Source: Candidatus Fraserbacteria bacterium
Lineage (GTDB): Bacteria; Bipolaricaulota; Bipolaricaulia; RBG-16-55-9
Assembly: GCA_037443265.1 (NCBI GenBank)
Contig: JBBIOR010000011.1
Span: 1-60,182, forward strand
Reading direction: 5' to 3'
Length of the DNA: 60,182 nucleotides
Numbering within the stretch: the first letter of the stretch is position 1; each line of letters begins with the position of its first letter. Below are positions 8,879-18,692 of this stretch, one piece after another. The translations under genes and the position numbers were made by a program. A model generated the notes under the pieces. It was not told the DNA's origin and made no database searches. It saw only the letters and a program-made list of their open reading frames with translations.

Positions 8879-10177
8879 ATGGTGAGAGGATCCGGGGGTA
8901 TAATCGTCGGGCTCGACATCGGCACCACTAAAGTTGTGGCGCTGGTCGGCAGCGTCGAGAATGGGGTCATTGAGATCATCGGGATGGGGAAAGCCCCTTC
9001 GCACGGGCTCGAGAAGGGGGTGGTGGTGGACATCGGCGAGACGACCGCCTCCATCAAGCGGGCCATCGAAGAGGCCGAAAACATGGCCGACGTGCGCATC
9101 GACCGTGTCTACGCCGGCATCGCCGGCAAGCACATCAGTTCCATCAACAACTCCGGCACCGTCAGCATCTCGCGGGAAAATCGCACCATCACCGTCGATG
9201 ATGTCCGCCGGGTCATCGAGACAGCCCAAGCGATCCAGCTCACTCCCGATTCCGAGCTCATTCACGTCATCCCCCGCCAATACATCGTCGACGGCCAGGA
9301 GGGCATCACGGATCCTGTGGGCATGACTGGCACCCGGCTCGAAGTCGATGTGCACATCGTGGCGGGTTCTATTACAGCCGTCCACAACATCTATCGCTGT
9401 GTGAACAATCTGGGCATTGAAGTGGAGCAGATCGTATTGCAGCCCTTGGCCTCCAGCTACGCGGTGCTCACGGAGGCCGAGAAGGAGCTGGGTGTGGCGC
9501 TCATGGACATCGGTGGAGGAACGACGGATATTGCCATCTTCCGGCGGGGGGACATCTGGTTCTCGAAAGTCCTTCCCATCGCCGGGGAGCAGATCACCAA
9601 CGACATCACCGTGGGCCTCAAGGTCGAGTATCAAGAGGCCGAACGGATCAAGCGCACCGAGGGCCTGCCGCGCGTGGACGAAGTGAGCGGCGAAGAGCGC
9701 TTTGAGATTACCACCATCAGCGGCGAGAAGAAGAGCGTCAGCAAGAGGAAGCTGGCCAAGATCATCGAGCCCAGGCTCGAAGAGCTCTTTGATTTGGCCA
9801 TGGGCGAGATTGAGGACGCCGGATACAGGGATCTCATTCCGGCGGGCCTTGTGCTCACCGGAGGGACAGCGCTGCTCAAGGGCCTGCCGGAGTTCATTCA
9901 GGAGCGCTATAATGTGGCCGTGCGACGGGGCAAGACCCCCCAAGGCATCCACGGACTGCGCGATATCGTCGAAAGCCCCATCTATGCCACGGTCATCGGC
10001 CTGCTCAAGTACGCCTTGGAGTCCCGGGAGTATCACATGCGCTACGGAGACAGCGCTCGGCATCGGGTGGACGCCAAGCGGCGCTGGTGGACGACGAACA
10101 ACGGCCGAGGGGAGAATTCGATCCTGGTGCGGGTCCTGCGCTGGCTCAACTCTATCTTTCGTGGCGCAGCCCGCTAG
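8879..10177 (+). CDS. ftsA: Cell division protein FtsA
   Basis: GLDIGTTKV, DIGGGTTD and VLTGG motifs, C-terminal amphipathic helix. Confidence 0.97.
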   Translation: MVRGSGGIIVGLDIGTTKVVALVGSVENGVIEIIGMGKAPSHGLEKGVVVDIGETTASIKRAIEEAENMADVRIDRVYAGIAGKHISSINNSGTVSISRENRTITVDDVRRVIETAQAIQLTPDSELIHVIPRQYIVDGQEGITDPVGMTGTRLEVDVHIVAGSITAVHNIYRCVNNLGIEVEQIVLQPLASSYAVLTEAEKELGVALMDIGGGTTDIAIFRRGDIWFSKVLPIAGEQITNDITVGLKVEYQEAERIKRTEGLPRVDEVSGEERFEITTISGEKKSVSKRKLAKIIEPRLEELFDLAMGEIEDAGYRDLIPAGLVLTGGTALLKGLPEFIQERYNVAVRRGKTPQGIHGLRDIVESPIYATVIGLLKYALESREYHMRYGDSARHRVDAKRRWWTTNNGRGENSILVRVLRWLNSIFRGAAR

Positions 10178-10194
10178 CGTGGAAAGGGGCGGAC

Positions 10195-11304
10195 ATGGAG
10201 GGCCATCGCCGTAACGGACTGGCACGCATCCGGGTCATCGGCGTCGGCGGCGGAGGCTGCAATGCCGTCAATCGCATGATGAAGGCCAAGATCAAGGACG
10301 TGGAGCTTGTGGCCGTCAACACTGACGCTCAGGTGCTGGAAGTGATCGAAGCCCATAAAGCCTTGCAGATCGGCGCCAAGCTCACTGGAGGCTTAGGAGC
10401 GGGGGGAAACCCCGAGATCGGACGCAAGGCCGCCGAAGAATCCGAGGCGGAGATCCGCGACCTTTTGGAAGACGTGGACATGGTCTTCATCACCACCGGC
10501 ATGGGGGGCGGCACGGGCACGGGAGCCTCTCCCGTGATCGCGCGTCTGGCGCGGGAAGCGGGCATTCTGACTGTGGGCATTGTGACTAAACCCTTCTCGT
10601 TCGAGGGGCACCATAGGCAAGAGCGTGCTAAGAAGGGCATAGAAGAATTGCGCCAGCATGTCGATACTCTGATCGCCATTCCCAATGATCGCCTGCTGAA
10701 AGTCGCTCCGGCGGACATCACCCTCATGCAGGCCTTTGAACTGGCCGATGATATTCTGCGCCAGGGAGTGCAGGGGATCACGGATCTAATCACGACGCCC
10801 GGTCTGATCAATCGCGACTTCGCCGACGTGGAGGCGACCATGAGGGGAGCCGGCACAGCCATGATGGGCATCGGCCAAGGCGAAGGCGAAGGCCGCACCC
10901 GCGAGGCCGCCCGAGGGGCCATCACCAGCCCCCTGCTCGAAGGGTCCATCGAAGGGGCTCAGCGCGTCATCCTCAACATCACCGGAGGCTTAGACCTAAC
11001 CCTTGAGGAAGTCACGGAGGCCGCACAGCTCATCCGTGAGGCCGTCTCAGAGTCGGCCGACATCTTCTTTGGGGCCACCGTCAAAGAGGGCTTCGATAAG
11101 CTCAAACTGACGGTGATCGCCACAGGCTTCAAGCAGGTGGAGGAGCAGGAACTCGAAGATCTGGAGACGGAAGAGGAGCTGCCGGTCTATCATCCTCCCG
11201 TCAGTAGTCGCAGCCTGCGCCCCCGTGATCGCCATCGATTGGGGGATTGGGACGTGCCCACCTTCATCCGCCGCCGAGGGCACGATCACGACGAAGAGGA
11301 CTAG
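10195..11304 (+). CDS. ftsZ: Cell division protein FtsZ
   Basis: GVGGGGCNAVNRM, GGGTGTG, INRDFAD and C-terminal DVPTFIR. Confidence 0.98.
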   Translation: MEGHRRNGLARIRVIGVGGGGCNAVNRMMKAKIKDVELVAVNTDAQVLEVIEAHKALQIGAKLTGGLGAGGNPEIGRKAAEESEAEIRDLLEDVDMVFITTGMGGGTGTGASPVIARLAREAGILTVGIVTKPFSFEGHHRQERAKKGIEELRQHVDTLIAIPNDRLLKVAPADITLMQAFELADDILRQGVQGITDLITTPGLINRDFADVEATMRGAGTAMMGIGQGEGEGRTREAARGAITSPLLEGSIEGAQRVILNITGGLDLTLEEVTEAAQLIREAVSESADIFFGATVKEGFDKLKLTVIATGFKQVEEQELEDLETEEELPVYHPPVSSRSLRPRDRHRLGDWDVPTFIRRRGHDHDEED

Positions 11305-11306
11305 CG

Positions 11307-12431
11307 CTAATCCATCCGAATGGGCATGCACACATAGAGGAACCCCTGATCTTCTTCTCCCTCTAGGGGCTCCAACAGCCCGGCGCTCTCGGCGTCTTTG
11401 AGCCACAGGACCACTTCTGCCCCTTTCATGCGTCGAAGCGCGTCAATCAAATACTCCCCGCGGAAAGAGATCGTGATGGCAGGCGCGGGCTTAAGGAGGG
11501 GAACGCGCTCCTCCGTGTGGCCCTTCTCGGCCGAAGACGATTTAATCCAGAGCGAAGCATCGCGCGATTCCAAAATGACCGCCCCGGACTCCTCCGCGGT
11601 GGTAATCTGAGCCCGCTGCAGGGCACTTAAGAAAGCCTCGCGCTTGATGTGCAGAGAAACGGGGTTGTCCTTGGGGATGACCCGCTCAAAATCTGGATAT
11701 TCTTCTTGAATGAGCCGGGCGATGAAGAGCACTTGATGGGTCAAGAAGAAGAGATGTCCTTCCCCCTGGGCGATCCTCACTTGTTCATCGTCCAGCGTGC
11801 CCAGAATTCCCTGAAGATCCCTGAGGGCGTCCGCATCAATGAGGAATTCCCCCTCCGGCACGGAGGACTCAAGCTGTTCTTCTTTCAAGGCGAGGCGATA
11901 CCCATTGGTGGCCACCATCTTGATCGTTCTTCCCGACATCAGAATATCCACGCCGGTGAGGTTCAATCGGGATGTCTCCTTGGCACTCATGGCCGCAAAC
12001 GTCGTGAGAGAGAGAGCGTGCATGAGCCTCTCTCGCCGGATGGCACAGATCTCTCTTTGCACGGAGGGGATCTGCGGATAGTCCTCCACCGGCATGAGCA
12101 AGAGCTCAAAAGTAGCTTCTCCCGAGGTGATGGTGACCCTGTCGCCGGAGTCATCAAGGCGCAGAGAGAGCTTTTCATCCGGGAGCATGCCCGTGATCTT
12201 GGAAAAGAGCCCTCCGTTCAGCACACATGTCCCGCCAGGAGTGCCATGATTTTCGATGGGGACGGTGACGACGATGGCTCGCACCAGGTCCGTTGCCATC
12301 AGCCTAAGCTGCTGGTTTTCTACCTCCAGCTTGATGCCCGCTAGGATGGGCAGGGTGCTGCCCATCCCCAGCGCCCGGCTGGCCGTCTTCACCCCAAAGG
12401 TGATGTCCGCTCTATGGCAAATGAAGTCCAT
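11307..12431 (-). CDS. dnaN: DNA polymerase III beta clamp
   Basis: LPILAG, ATDL, VATNGYRLA, YPDFERVIP and C-terminal MPIR. About 374 aa. Confidence 0.93.
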   Translation of the reverse strand: MDFICHRADITFGVKTASRALGMGSTLPILAGIKLEVENQQLRLMATDLVRAIVVTVPIENHGTPGGTCVLNGGLFSKITGMLPDEKLSLRLDDSGDRVTITSGEATFELLLMPVEDYPQIPSVQREICAIRRERLMHALSLTTFAAMSAKETSRLNLTGVDILMSGRTIKMVATNGYRLALKEEQLESSVPEGEFLIDADALRDLQGILGTLDDEQVRIAQGEGHLFFLTHQVLFIARLIQEEYPDFERVIPKDNPVSLHIKREAFLSALQRAQITTAEESGAVILESRDASLWIKSSSAEKGHTEERVPLLKPAPAITISFRGEYLIDALRRMKGAEVVLWLKDAESAGLLEPLEGEEDQGFLYVCMPIRMD

Positions 12432-13053
12432 CTGGGCTCTCCCCCCCCCTTCGCTTAAGGACTGCCAGCACGTCCTCGAAGACCCGTTCGGGGCTTTGCC
12501 GGCCATCCACGCGAATCACTTCCGGGTAGCGCTGGGCCATCGCCTGATACCCCTGTTCGACCTGTCGGAGGAACTCCAGGCCCTCTCTTTCGATGCGATC
12601 GAGCACGCGGGCTCCGCGCACCCTGCTTAGCCCCTCCTCGGCAGGAACGTCGAGCCAGAAGCAGACGTCCGGCCTCAGGCCCTCCGTGGCCCGTTCGTTG
12701 AGTTCTTCGATCCACCCGAGCGGCAGACCGCGGCCGTAGCCCTGATAGGCCAGGCTGGAGTAGCCGTATCGCTGGCAGATGACGAGCGCGCCTCGCTCCA
12801 AGGCCGGCCGAATCACCCGGCGGGTCAGCTGATGCCGCGACGCTTCATATAGAAGGAGCTCGGTCAAGGGCTCGAGAGACCGTCTTCCCTCTAGCAGAAT
12901 CGCGCGGATGCCTTCGCCCACGGGGCTTCCGCCCGGTTCCTCCACGGAGATCACCTCGCGGCCCTGCTTCTTAAAATGCTGAGCCAAGAGTTTGGCTTGG
13001 GTGGTCTTTCCGCTGCCGTCCAGACCCTCAAACACGATGAAGAATCCCCTCAC
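12412..13053 (-). CDS. tmk: Thymidylate kinase
   Basis: FIVFEGLDGSGKTTQ, EPGG, SSLAYQG and DRIE motifs. Confidence 0.95.
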   Translation of the reverse strand: MRGFFIVFEGLDGSGKTTQAKLLAQHFKKQGREVISVEEPGGSPVGEGIRAILLEGRRSLEPLTELLLYEASRHQLTRRVIRPALERGALVICQRYGYSSLAYQGYGRGLPLGWIEELNERATEGLRPDVCFWLDVPAEEGLSRVRGARVLDRIEREGLEFLRQVEQGYQAMAQRYPEVIRVDGRQSPERVFEDVLAVLKRRGGESPDGLHLP

Positions 13054-13514
13054 GAGCGGATCTCCTGTGCCAAGAGACGCCAGAGCAGAAGCCCTGTGCC
13101 AATGACAATGGCCGCATCAGCCACGTTGAATGTAGGCCAGCGCCATGCCGCAGAGATCCCGACGTCCACGAAGTCTACCACATAGCCCAGCCTTAGGCGA
13201 TCCATGAGATTTCCCACGGCACCGCCAGCGATGGCCACCAGCCCCGTGCTCATCCCAGGCGACTTCCTCCCCCCACGCCCCAAGAAGATCAAAATGCCTG
13301 TGACCACGGCCACCGTGAGCACGGTGAGCAGCGAGCCATGCTCCGGCAAGATCCCAAATGCCCCGCCGGGGTTCTGCGCCAGCGTGAGCTTCACATACTC
13401 TCCCCACAAAGAGACGGATCTCTGCGTCGCTAAGTACGCGGCCACGGCCAGCTTGCTCGCCTGATCCACAGCCACCAGAACGACAATCCCAGCTAGAGCG
13501 GCCAAAAAATTCAT
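13050..13514 (-). CDS. lspA: Lipoprotein signal peptidase II
   Basis: DQASK, NPGGAFG, GAVGNLMDRL, VVDF and FNVAD motifs. Confidence 0.96.
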   Translation of the reverse strand: MNFLAALAGIVVLVAVDQASKLAVAAYLATQRSVSLWGEYVKLTLAQNPGGAFGILPEHGSLLTVLTVAVVTGILIFLGRGGRKSPGMSTGLVAIAGGAVGNLMDRLRLGYVVDFVDVGISAAWRWPTFNVADAAIVIGTGLLLWRLLAQEIRS

Positions 13515-13586
13515 GCGCCTTCGTATATAACCCATCTGTCGAGGGAAATCAATGGCGTATTTCCCATCGCGACGGGGCAGCCGGAT

Positions 13587-13615
13587 TTGCTCCGCCCCAA
13601 ATGGCTGTGTATAAA
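13587..13615 (+). promoter_or_regulatory. sigma70-type promoter for the PKD protein
   Basis: TTGCTC-17nt-TATAAA. Confidence 0.5.
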
Positions 13616-13657
13616 CGAGGCGTATCCGCAGCACACGAGAGGGTGAACTGCAACGCC

Positions 13658-15037
13658 ATGTTCGAGCGCATTGTCATTGCCATTCTAATTCCAGCCTTGC
13701 TCTGGCTCACCTCCCCTAGAGCAAGCTGGCCTGAGGAATCCGAGAAAGAGCGGGGCTCTGCTGCTGTGCAAGGCGCTCCTTCCCTAGAGCAGATGGCTCT
13801 GCGAGCGTTTCAAGCCGTGCTGCTTCTGACAAAGAGCGATGAGAACAGCATCATGATCTTCAGGCGCGAGGCTCCCCAGCAAGTCCAACCCGGCGAGGTC
13901 TTCACCGTCACAGAGACGCTGGAAGCCAAAGTGCAGCTGGAGTTCGCGGCCATCGTCTCCGCCCTTCCGGCCAGCTTTGAACTCGTCAGCGGGCAGCTGA
14001 GACAGTTTCAAGTCGGAGGTCTTAAGCCCGGCGAGACTCTCATTAATATCTATGAGGTGCGGGCTCCCAATCAAGAAGGGAGTTTTACACTTTCAGCCAA
14101 CGCCCGCGGCAAGCCCGTGGGCGCCGACAGCCAGGGGCTGAGTGTGACTCTTTCACTTGAGGTGACTAAGGAGGCCCCTCCTCCGCCTCCGCCTCCGCCA
14201 CCGAATCAGAATCCCGTGGCCAGCTTCACTTTCTCTCCCCTCGATCCCAAAGCGGGAGACCTCATCACATTTGATGCGTCCGGCTCCACAGATCCCGATG
14301 GAGTGATTGTCAACTACCGCTGGAATCTGGGCGATGGAACCATCCTGGAGGGTCCAGATCAGATCATCGTCACCCACACCTATCAGAAAGAAGGCGCTTA
14401 TCAAGTCACGCTCATTGTGATTGACGACCAAGGTGCAGCTTCCGCTGCCAGCTCGGCCGTGATCGCCGTCGCGGCCCCTCCGAAGCCTACGATCCTCGGC
14501 CTCCCCCTGGAGGTGGCGATCGCCATCGGTGCGGTGCTCACAGGAGCTGCGATCTACTTCCTCGTGCGCGCGTTGTTCTTCGCGCGTGCACCTTCAGATG
14601 GCGCAGGGCAAGAAGGCGTAGATCTGACAGGGGCCTTGAGAGCAGAAGTCGAGCGCTTCCTGGCAGCTTCCGGTCTGCCCGTAAAGGAAGTCTCTGCCAC
14701 CCAACTCGTCGAGCGCGTGGATGAACTCAGCCGAGCGCGCTGGGTGCGGACGCTGGCCAACAACTCACTCTTCATCGTCTCGCGCGGGGAAGGAACTCTC
14801 ACGCTCAGGGCCTATGGCGATATGAGTGAGCAAGAGCAGGCCGGTCTTGACTTCAGCAGACTGGAGGCCGCCTCGCTCATTGATTATATCTCGCCCCGGG
14901 TGGCCCCGGGAGATCAGATCCTCCGGCTCCGCTGGACGAGCCAGGACGGGCAGACCTTCGAGAGCTACGCCGTCGTGGATGCTTCCGGCCGGCTCAAGTT
15001 CGACACCTTCATGAGTCTTGTGCCTCTGGCGCTTTAA
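13658..15037 (+). CDS. Type I membrane protein: signal peptide, Ig-like domain, poly-Pro linker, PKD domain, TM helix, cytoplasmic domain
   Basis: PKD signature NQNPVASF..FDASGSTDPDG..YRWNLGDG..HTY..G.Y.VTL.V.D, P8 linker, TM helix VAIAIGAVLTGAAIYFLV. Confidence 0.85.
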   Translation: MFERIVIAILIPALLWLTSPRASWPEESEKERGSAAVQGAPSLEQMALRAFQAVLLLTKSDENSIMIFRREAPQQVQPGEVFTVTETLEAKVQLEFAAIVSALPASFELVSGQLRQFQVGGLKPGETLINIYEVRAPNQEGSFTLSANARGKPVGADSQGLSVTLSLEVTKEAPPPPPPPPPNQNPVASFTFSPLDPKAGDLITFDASGSTDPDGVIVNYRWNLGDGTILEGPDQIIVTHTYQKEGAYQVTLIVIDDQGAASAASSAVIAVAAPPKPTILGLPLEVAIAIGAVLTGAAIYFLVRALFFARAPSDGAGQEGVDLTGALRAEVERFLAASGLPVKEVSATQLVERVDELSRARWVRTLANNSLFIVSRGEGTLTLRAYGDMSEQEQAGLDFSRLEAASLIDYISPRVAPGDQILRLRWTSQDGQTFESYAVVDASGRLKFDTFMSLVPLAL

Positions 15038-15038
15038 A

Positions 15039-17777
15039 TTAATCCACGCGGAGTCGCACGCTTCTCTTGTTGTTCTCCTCGTTCGACTCCGGGATGTCCT
15101 CATTGAAGTCGGCCACGACGATGATCTCGAATTCTCCAATCCACAGGAACGACGTATCCAGCTGAGCGGTGAGCGTCTTTCTCTCCCCCTTGGCCAGCCC
15201 AGGCAAGTTGAAGCCGGCAAAGTTGACGGGCTTGTCCGTGCCGACCCGCTTCCAGAAGAAGACCACGCGGAAGGGGCCCGCGTCTTGAGTGCCGATGTTG
15301 GCCACCTCCGCCCGCACTTCGACGATGTCCCCCGCGATGGCCTGCGGGGGCGCAAGAACGAGGCTAGCCACGGTGAGATCGACGCCTGTGGTTCTGGCCT
15401 CTCCTGTGATCTCCAAGGGCAGAGCTGCGGTGTTGTTGAGCTCGTTCTCCTCTTCCACGCGGCCAGCCAGGCGGCCCTGCTCCACGGGATCTATGACGAC
15501 TTGAACGAGATAAGATCCGGGCTCGAGATTCGTGGTGTCTAGGACGGCTTTCGCCTGCAGCACCACGCCTGTGCCCAGGCCCGGGAAGCTCGTGCGCTCT
15601 CCGAAGGGGACGCAGCTGGTCTCTCCGACCCGCTGGCGGCAGAAGGCTACTTCAAAGGCACCTGCGGCTTCCAGGCCAATGTTCGTGATCTCCGCTAAGA
15701 GCTCGACTTTTGCCCCTCGGGTGACTCTGGGCGAGGCAGCTAGGGCCGGGTCGACGAAGCGCAGGCCCGCGGGCACAAGATCCGGCCCCCGCACAAAGAG
15801 CGCGGCCTGCGGATCAAGCCCTGTGGTAAAGACGTTGTTCCCTTCGCTGAGCTCATTGACGATCTGCTCCGAGTCGGCCACGATCTGGATCTGGTAGAAG
15901 CCGGGGCGCAGGGCCGTCGTGTCCAGTCCGACGGTGAGAAGGGCCTGCTCGCTGATCAAGAGGCCACTCACAGATCGTCTGGCAAAGACCGTGAAGATCT
16001 CCTCATCGAGTCGGCGCAAGGAGTACTCGACCGTGAACGAACCGGCTGCCCGCTCTCCGATGTTGACCACCGAGGCCGAGATGCTCACCAGCGCGCCGCG
16101 GCGGACCTCCAGGGAGGGCTGAATCCGCACGCTCGCGGGATCGATGATCAAGTCCGGCTTGCGCGGCCTAAGCAGTGTAAAGGCGCTGACCAACTCGTTG
16201 TTGAAGTCGTCCAGCTCAGGCACTCTGCCGTCCGGATCGACGACGACGCGCACTTGGTAGTTGCCCGGAGCCAGATCCCCAAGGGGCAGCGTCCCCGCCG
16301 CCTGGATGCCCGTGCCCGGTGCCAGCTCGGCCACCGTGCAGCTCGTCGTACAGGCGATGGGAATCCAGCGCACGCTGCCCATCAGGCGATAGAAGAAGGT
16401 GATTTCAAAAGTGCGGGCTGCGATCGCCCCTGTGTTCACAATCTCGGAGAGGACGCCCAACTCACGATTGCTCTCTAGCTCTATGGGCGACCTCGGGTTG
16501 ACGATCAGGCCTTTGGGGTGCAGCTCCGCTCTCCGCGGGGTAGGAGTCTGCAGAGTCAGAGCCGTGCGGATCTCGTTGTTCGTCTCATCCCGCTCGGAGA
16601 TTTGATTGTTGGGGTCCACTACAATCCGGATGAGATGAATCCCCACATCCAGCAAAAGCTCGGCTGTCTTGAGGGTGCCTTCAACCGTGGCGGATTGATT
16701 CTCTTCCAAAGTGAGGGTCTGTCGATCGAATGGGGCTCCATTCACCAAGAAGGCCACTTCCACATTGCGGGCGGTGCCTTGACCCGAGTTCTCGATGGTC
16801 GCCATCACCTTCACGGTGTCCCCAGCGCGGGGCAGGGGCGGATTGAAGAGGAGTCCCACCGGATGCAGCTCCGGACCCTGGATGGAGAGCACCGCGATCA
16901 GCTCGTTGTTGGCCTCATCTTGTTCTTTGATTTGCCCTGCGGGATTGTCGGGATCCGGCGGATCGACCGTGGCTTTGATCAAATATATGGCGGGGTCCAA
17001 GGATGATATTAAGAGTCTAGCCCCATCGTCCTTGGTGCCGCCTTTGGGCAGCCCGCCGGCGAAAGCGTTGGGCCGCGCGCGATCGAACTCCACGAACTCC
17101 GAGGGGCAAGAGCTCTGTCCCTCCTGGAGCCGGCAGTAGGAGAAGCTCACCCGGAAGGGGCTGGCATCGCGATCGCCGCTGTTTGTAATCGTAGCCGTCA
17201 CAAGCACCGTCTGATCTGGGCTAGTGAGGAACACGGGTGAGGGGGGAGTGAACGCCAGAGCCACCGGTCGCAAATCCGGCTTTCCCAAGAGCGACGGCTG
17301 CACGAGCAGGGACGTGATCAACTCGTTGTTCGTCTCATCGGATTCCGGGATCTGATCGTTGGAGTCGACCACAACCCGGATCTCATAGATGTCCGGGGCC
17401 GGAATCAGGCTTGGACTTGATGTATCAAAGATCCCCTGGACTTGGATCTCCTGTTCTTGTGGGCTCAGTCCCCGCAGCTGGGTGGTTGAAAAGCTGATCC
17501 AGCTGGGCACGGTGCCCCCTTTGGGGCGCGGTCTTAGGAAGAACTCGACTTTGAACTCAGCTGCCGCGCTTTCTCCGCTGTTTTCCAGCTTGGCGACCAC
17601 GGTGACGATGCGTCCTTGATCGACGGGTGAGGCCGGGTCCAGAAGGAGGGTCGTCGGGTGCAGCTCGGGCTGGCTTCCCGCGACCTCCTGGCTCTGGCTG
17701 AAGAGGAAATAGACTCCACCGACGAACAGAAGCGTGCCACTTAAGAGGGCAAGCCCCCGGAGTAGCCTCCTGGCCAT
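15039..17777 (-). CDS. Exported protein with 7 tandem CARDB-like Ig domains
   Basis: N-terminal hydrophobic helix, then 7 repeats of P[ED]L..N.G..Y...V.D...E..E.NN. SD AAGGAGGT. Confidence 0.88.
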   Translation of the reverse strand: MARRLLRGLALLSGTLLFVGGVYFLFSQSQEVAGSQPELHPTTLLLDPASPVDQGRIVTVVAKLENSGESAAAEFKVEFFLRPRPKGGTVPSWISFSTTQLRGLSPQEQEIQVQGIFDTSSPSLIPAPDIYEIRVVVDSNDQIPESDETNNELITSLLVQPSLLGKPDLRPVALAFTPPSPVFLTSPDQTVLVTATITNSGDRDASPFRVSFSYCRLQEGQSSCPSEFVEFDRARPNAFAGGLPKGGTKDDGARLLISSLDPAIYLIKATVDPPDPDNPAGQIKEQDEANNELIAVLSIQGPELHPVGLLFNPPLPRAGDTVKVMATIENSGQGTARNVEVAFLVNGAPFDRQTLTLEENQSATVEGTLKTAELLLDVGIHLIRIVVDPNNQISERDETNNEIRTALTLQTPTPRRAELHPKGLIVNPRSPIELESNRELGVLSEIVNTGAIAARTFEITFFYRLMGSVRWIPIACTTSCTVAELAPGTGIQAAGTLPLGDLAPGNYQVRVVVDPDGRVPELDDFNNELVSAFTLLRPRKPDLIIDPASVRIQPSLEVRRGALVSISASVVNIGERAAGSFTVEYSLRRLDEEIFTVFARRSVSGLLISEQALLTVGLDTTALRPGFYQIQIVADSEQIVNELSEGNNVFTTGLDPQAALFVRGPDLVPAGLRFVDPALAASPRVTRGAKVELLAEITNIGLEAAGAFEVAFCRQRVGETSCVPFGERTSFPGLGTGVVLQAKAVLDTTNLEPGSYLVQVVIDPVEQGRLAGRVEEENELNNTAALPLEITGEARTTGVDLTVASLVLAPPQAIAGDIVEVRAEVANIGTQDAGPFRVVFFWKRVGTDKPVNFAGFNLPGLAKGERKTLTAQLDTSFLWIGEFEIIVVADFNEDIPESNEENNKRSVRLRVD

Positions 17778-17822
17778 GCAGACCTCCTTTGTTTTCCAGT
17801 CCGTCAAAGAGCCCCTAATGTA

Positions 17823-17851
17823 AGTATAAAAGACCAAGGTTCCCAAGCCAA
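17823..17851 (-). promoter_or_regulatory. sigma70-type promoter for the 7xCARDB gene
   Basis: TTGGCT-17nt-TATACT on the minus strand. Confidence 0.5.
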
Positions 17852-17900
17852 ATAGGGCAGGTAGGGGACCCTTCCCCTCAGCCCGCTCTTCCTTCCTTCC

Positions 17901-18518
17901 TTACGGACGCTCGCAGTAGGTCGGCTTGTTCTGCGCGTTCTTGCAAGACTCGAGGATCTTGCTGAGCTGGCGGTTCGCCACTTGGATCAGCTGGTCTTCC
18001 GTGAGCGCATTCGGCGCCGCTTTAGCAGTCCGGAGGAAGATCACTAGGGTTAGGCGCTGCAAGACGATCTGTTGCTGCCCGTCTTCGAGCTGGAGCAGCA
18101 AGATCTTGTCCGTCTCTTTCTGGAGCGTCTCCGGCAGAAGATTGGGCCTCTCCCGGACTTCCGCCAGCAGATCCCGGGAGCTCTGGACGGGCTTAGCAGC
18201 GAGCAGTGCACTTAGAAAGCGATCCGCTGGCTCCCGGGCCTCAAAGTCGAGCAGGCCGATGATAAGGGCGATCTCCGTGTTCGTGTTTACGTAGGTGGCC
18301 ACCATGGTCCGCTTCTCCGCGCCGGGGGGCTCTGGGTTGAGATGATCTAGGGTGCGGACCACCCAATCCTCGCCGAGCCCCAGCTCCTTGGACAGCGCGT
18401 TCAGCTCTTCCTGGGTGAGGAGCAGGCTTTGAAGCTGTTCCAGGACGCTCGACTGACCCAGGCCCACCATGACAATGAGTAGCGGGAGCAGCAGGCCCGT
18501 CAGTACCTTGCGCCACAT
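17901..18518 (-). CDS. Exported hypothetical protein with a C-terminal Cys pair
   Basis: SD AAAGGAGA, signal peptide MWRKVLTGLLLPLLIVMVGLG, dedicated promoter. Confidence 0.8.
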   Translation of the reverse strand: MWRKVLTGLLLPLLIVMVGLGQSSVLEQLQSLLLTQEELNALSKELGLGEDWVVRTLDHLNPEPPGAEKRTMVATYVNTNTEIALIIGLLDFEAREPADRFLSALLAAKPVQSSRDLLAEVRERPNLLPETLQKETDKILLLQLEDGQQQIVLQRLTLVIFLRTAKAAPNALTEDQLIQVANRQLSKILESCKNAQNKPTYCERP

Positions 18519-18540
18519 GGTCTCTCCTTTCTTTGCGCGA

Positions 18541-18569
18541 ATTATATACCCATTCTGCTCCGAAGGCAA
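18541..18569 (-). promoter_or_regulatory. Leftward promoter of the divergent CARDB locus
   Basis: TTGCCT-17nt-TATAAT on the minus strand. Confidence 0.7.
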
Positions 18570-18624
18570 TTTCCCGCCAAGCGCTCTATAAGAGATACAC
18601 GCGGCTTTCGGAAAGGTTTCCTGA

Positions 18625-18653
18625 TTGACAGCACCCGCTGGATGGTGTAGGAT
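18625..18653 (+). promoter_or_regulatory. Rightward promoter of the divergent CARDB locus
   Basis: TTGACA-17nt-TAGGAT. Confidence 0.72.
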
Positions 18654-18692
18654 ATTTCTTACGAAGAGCGGAAGAAAAACGGGGTGACATCC

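Noticed and set aside
8852..10225. 457-aa antisense ORF over ftsA, and similar ORFs at 18813-20258, 28800-29486, 49776-50531 and 53974-55023
   Set aside because: These are shadow ORFs expected from GC-rich codon bias. They have no motifs and fully overlap well-supported genes.
11307..12431. Replication origin near dnaN or gyrB
   Set aside because: No dnaA gene, DnaA-box cluster or AT-rich unwinding region was seen.
14175..14205. CCTCCG tandem repeat
   Set aside because: It encodes the poly-Pro linker of the PKD protein and is not an independent element.
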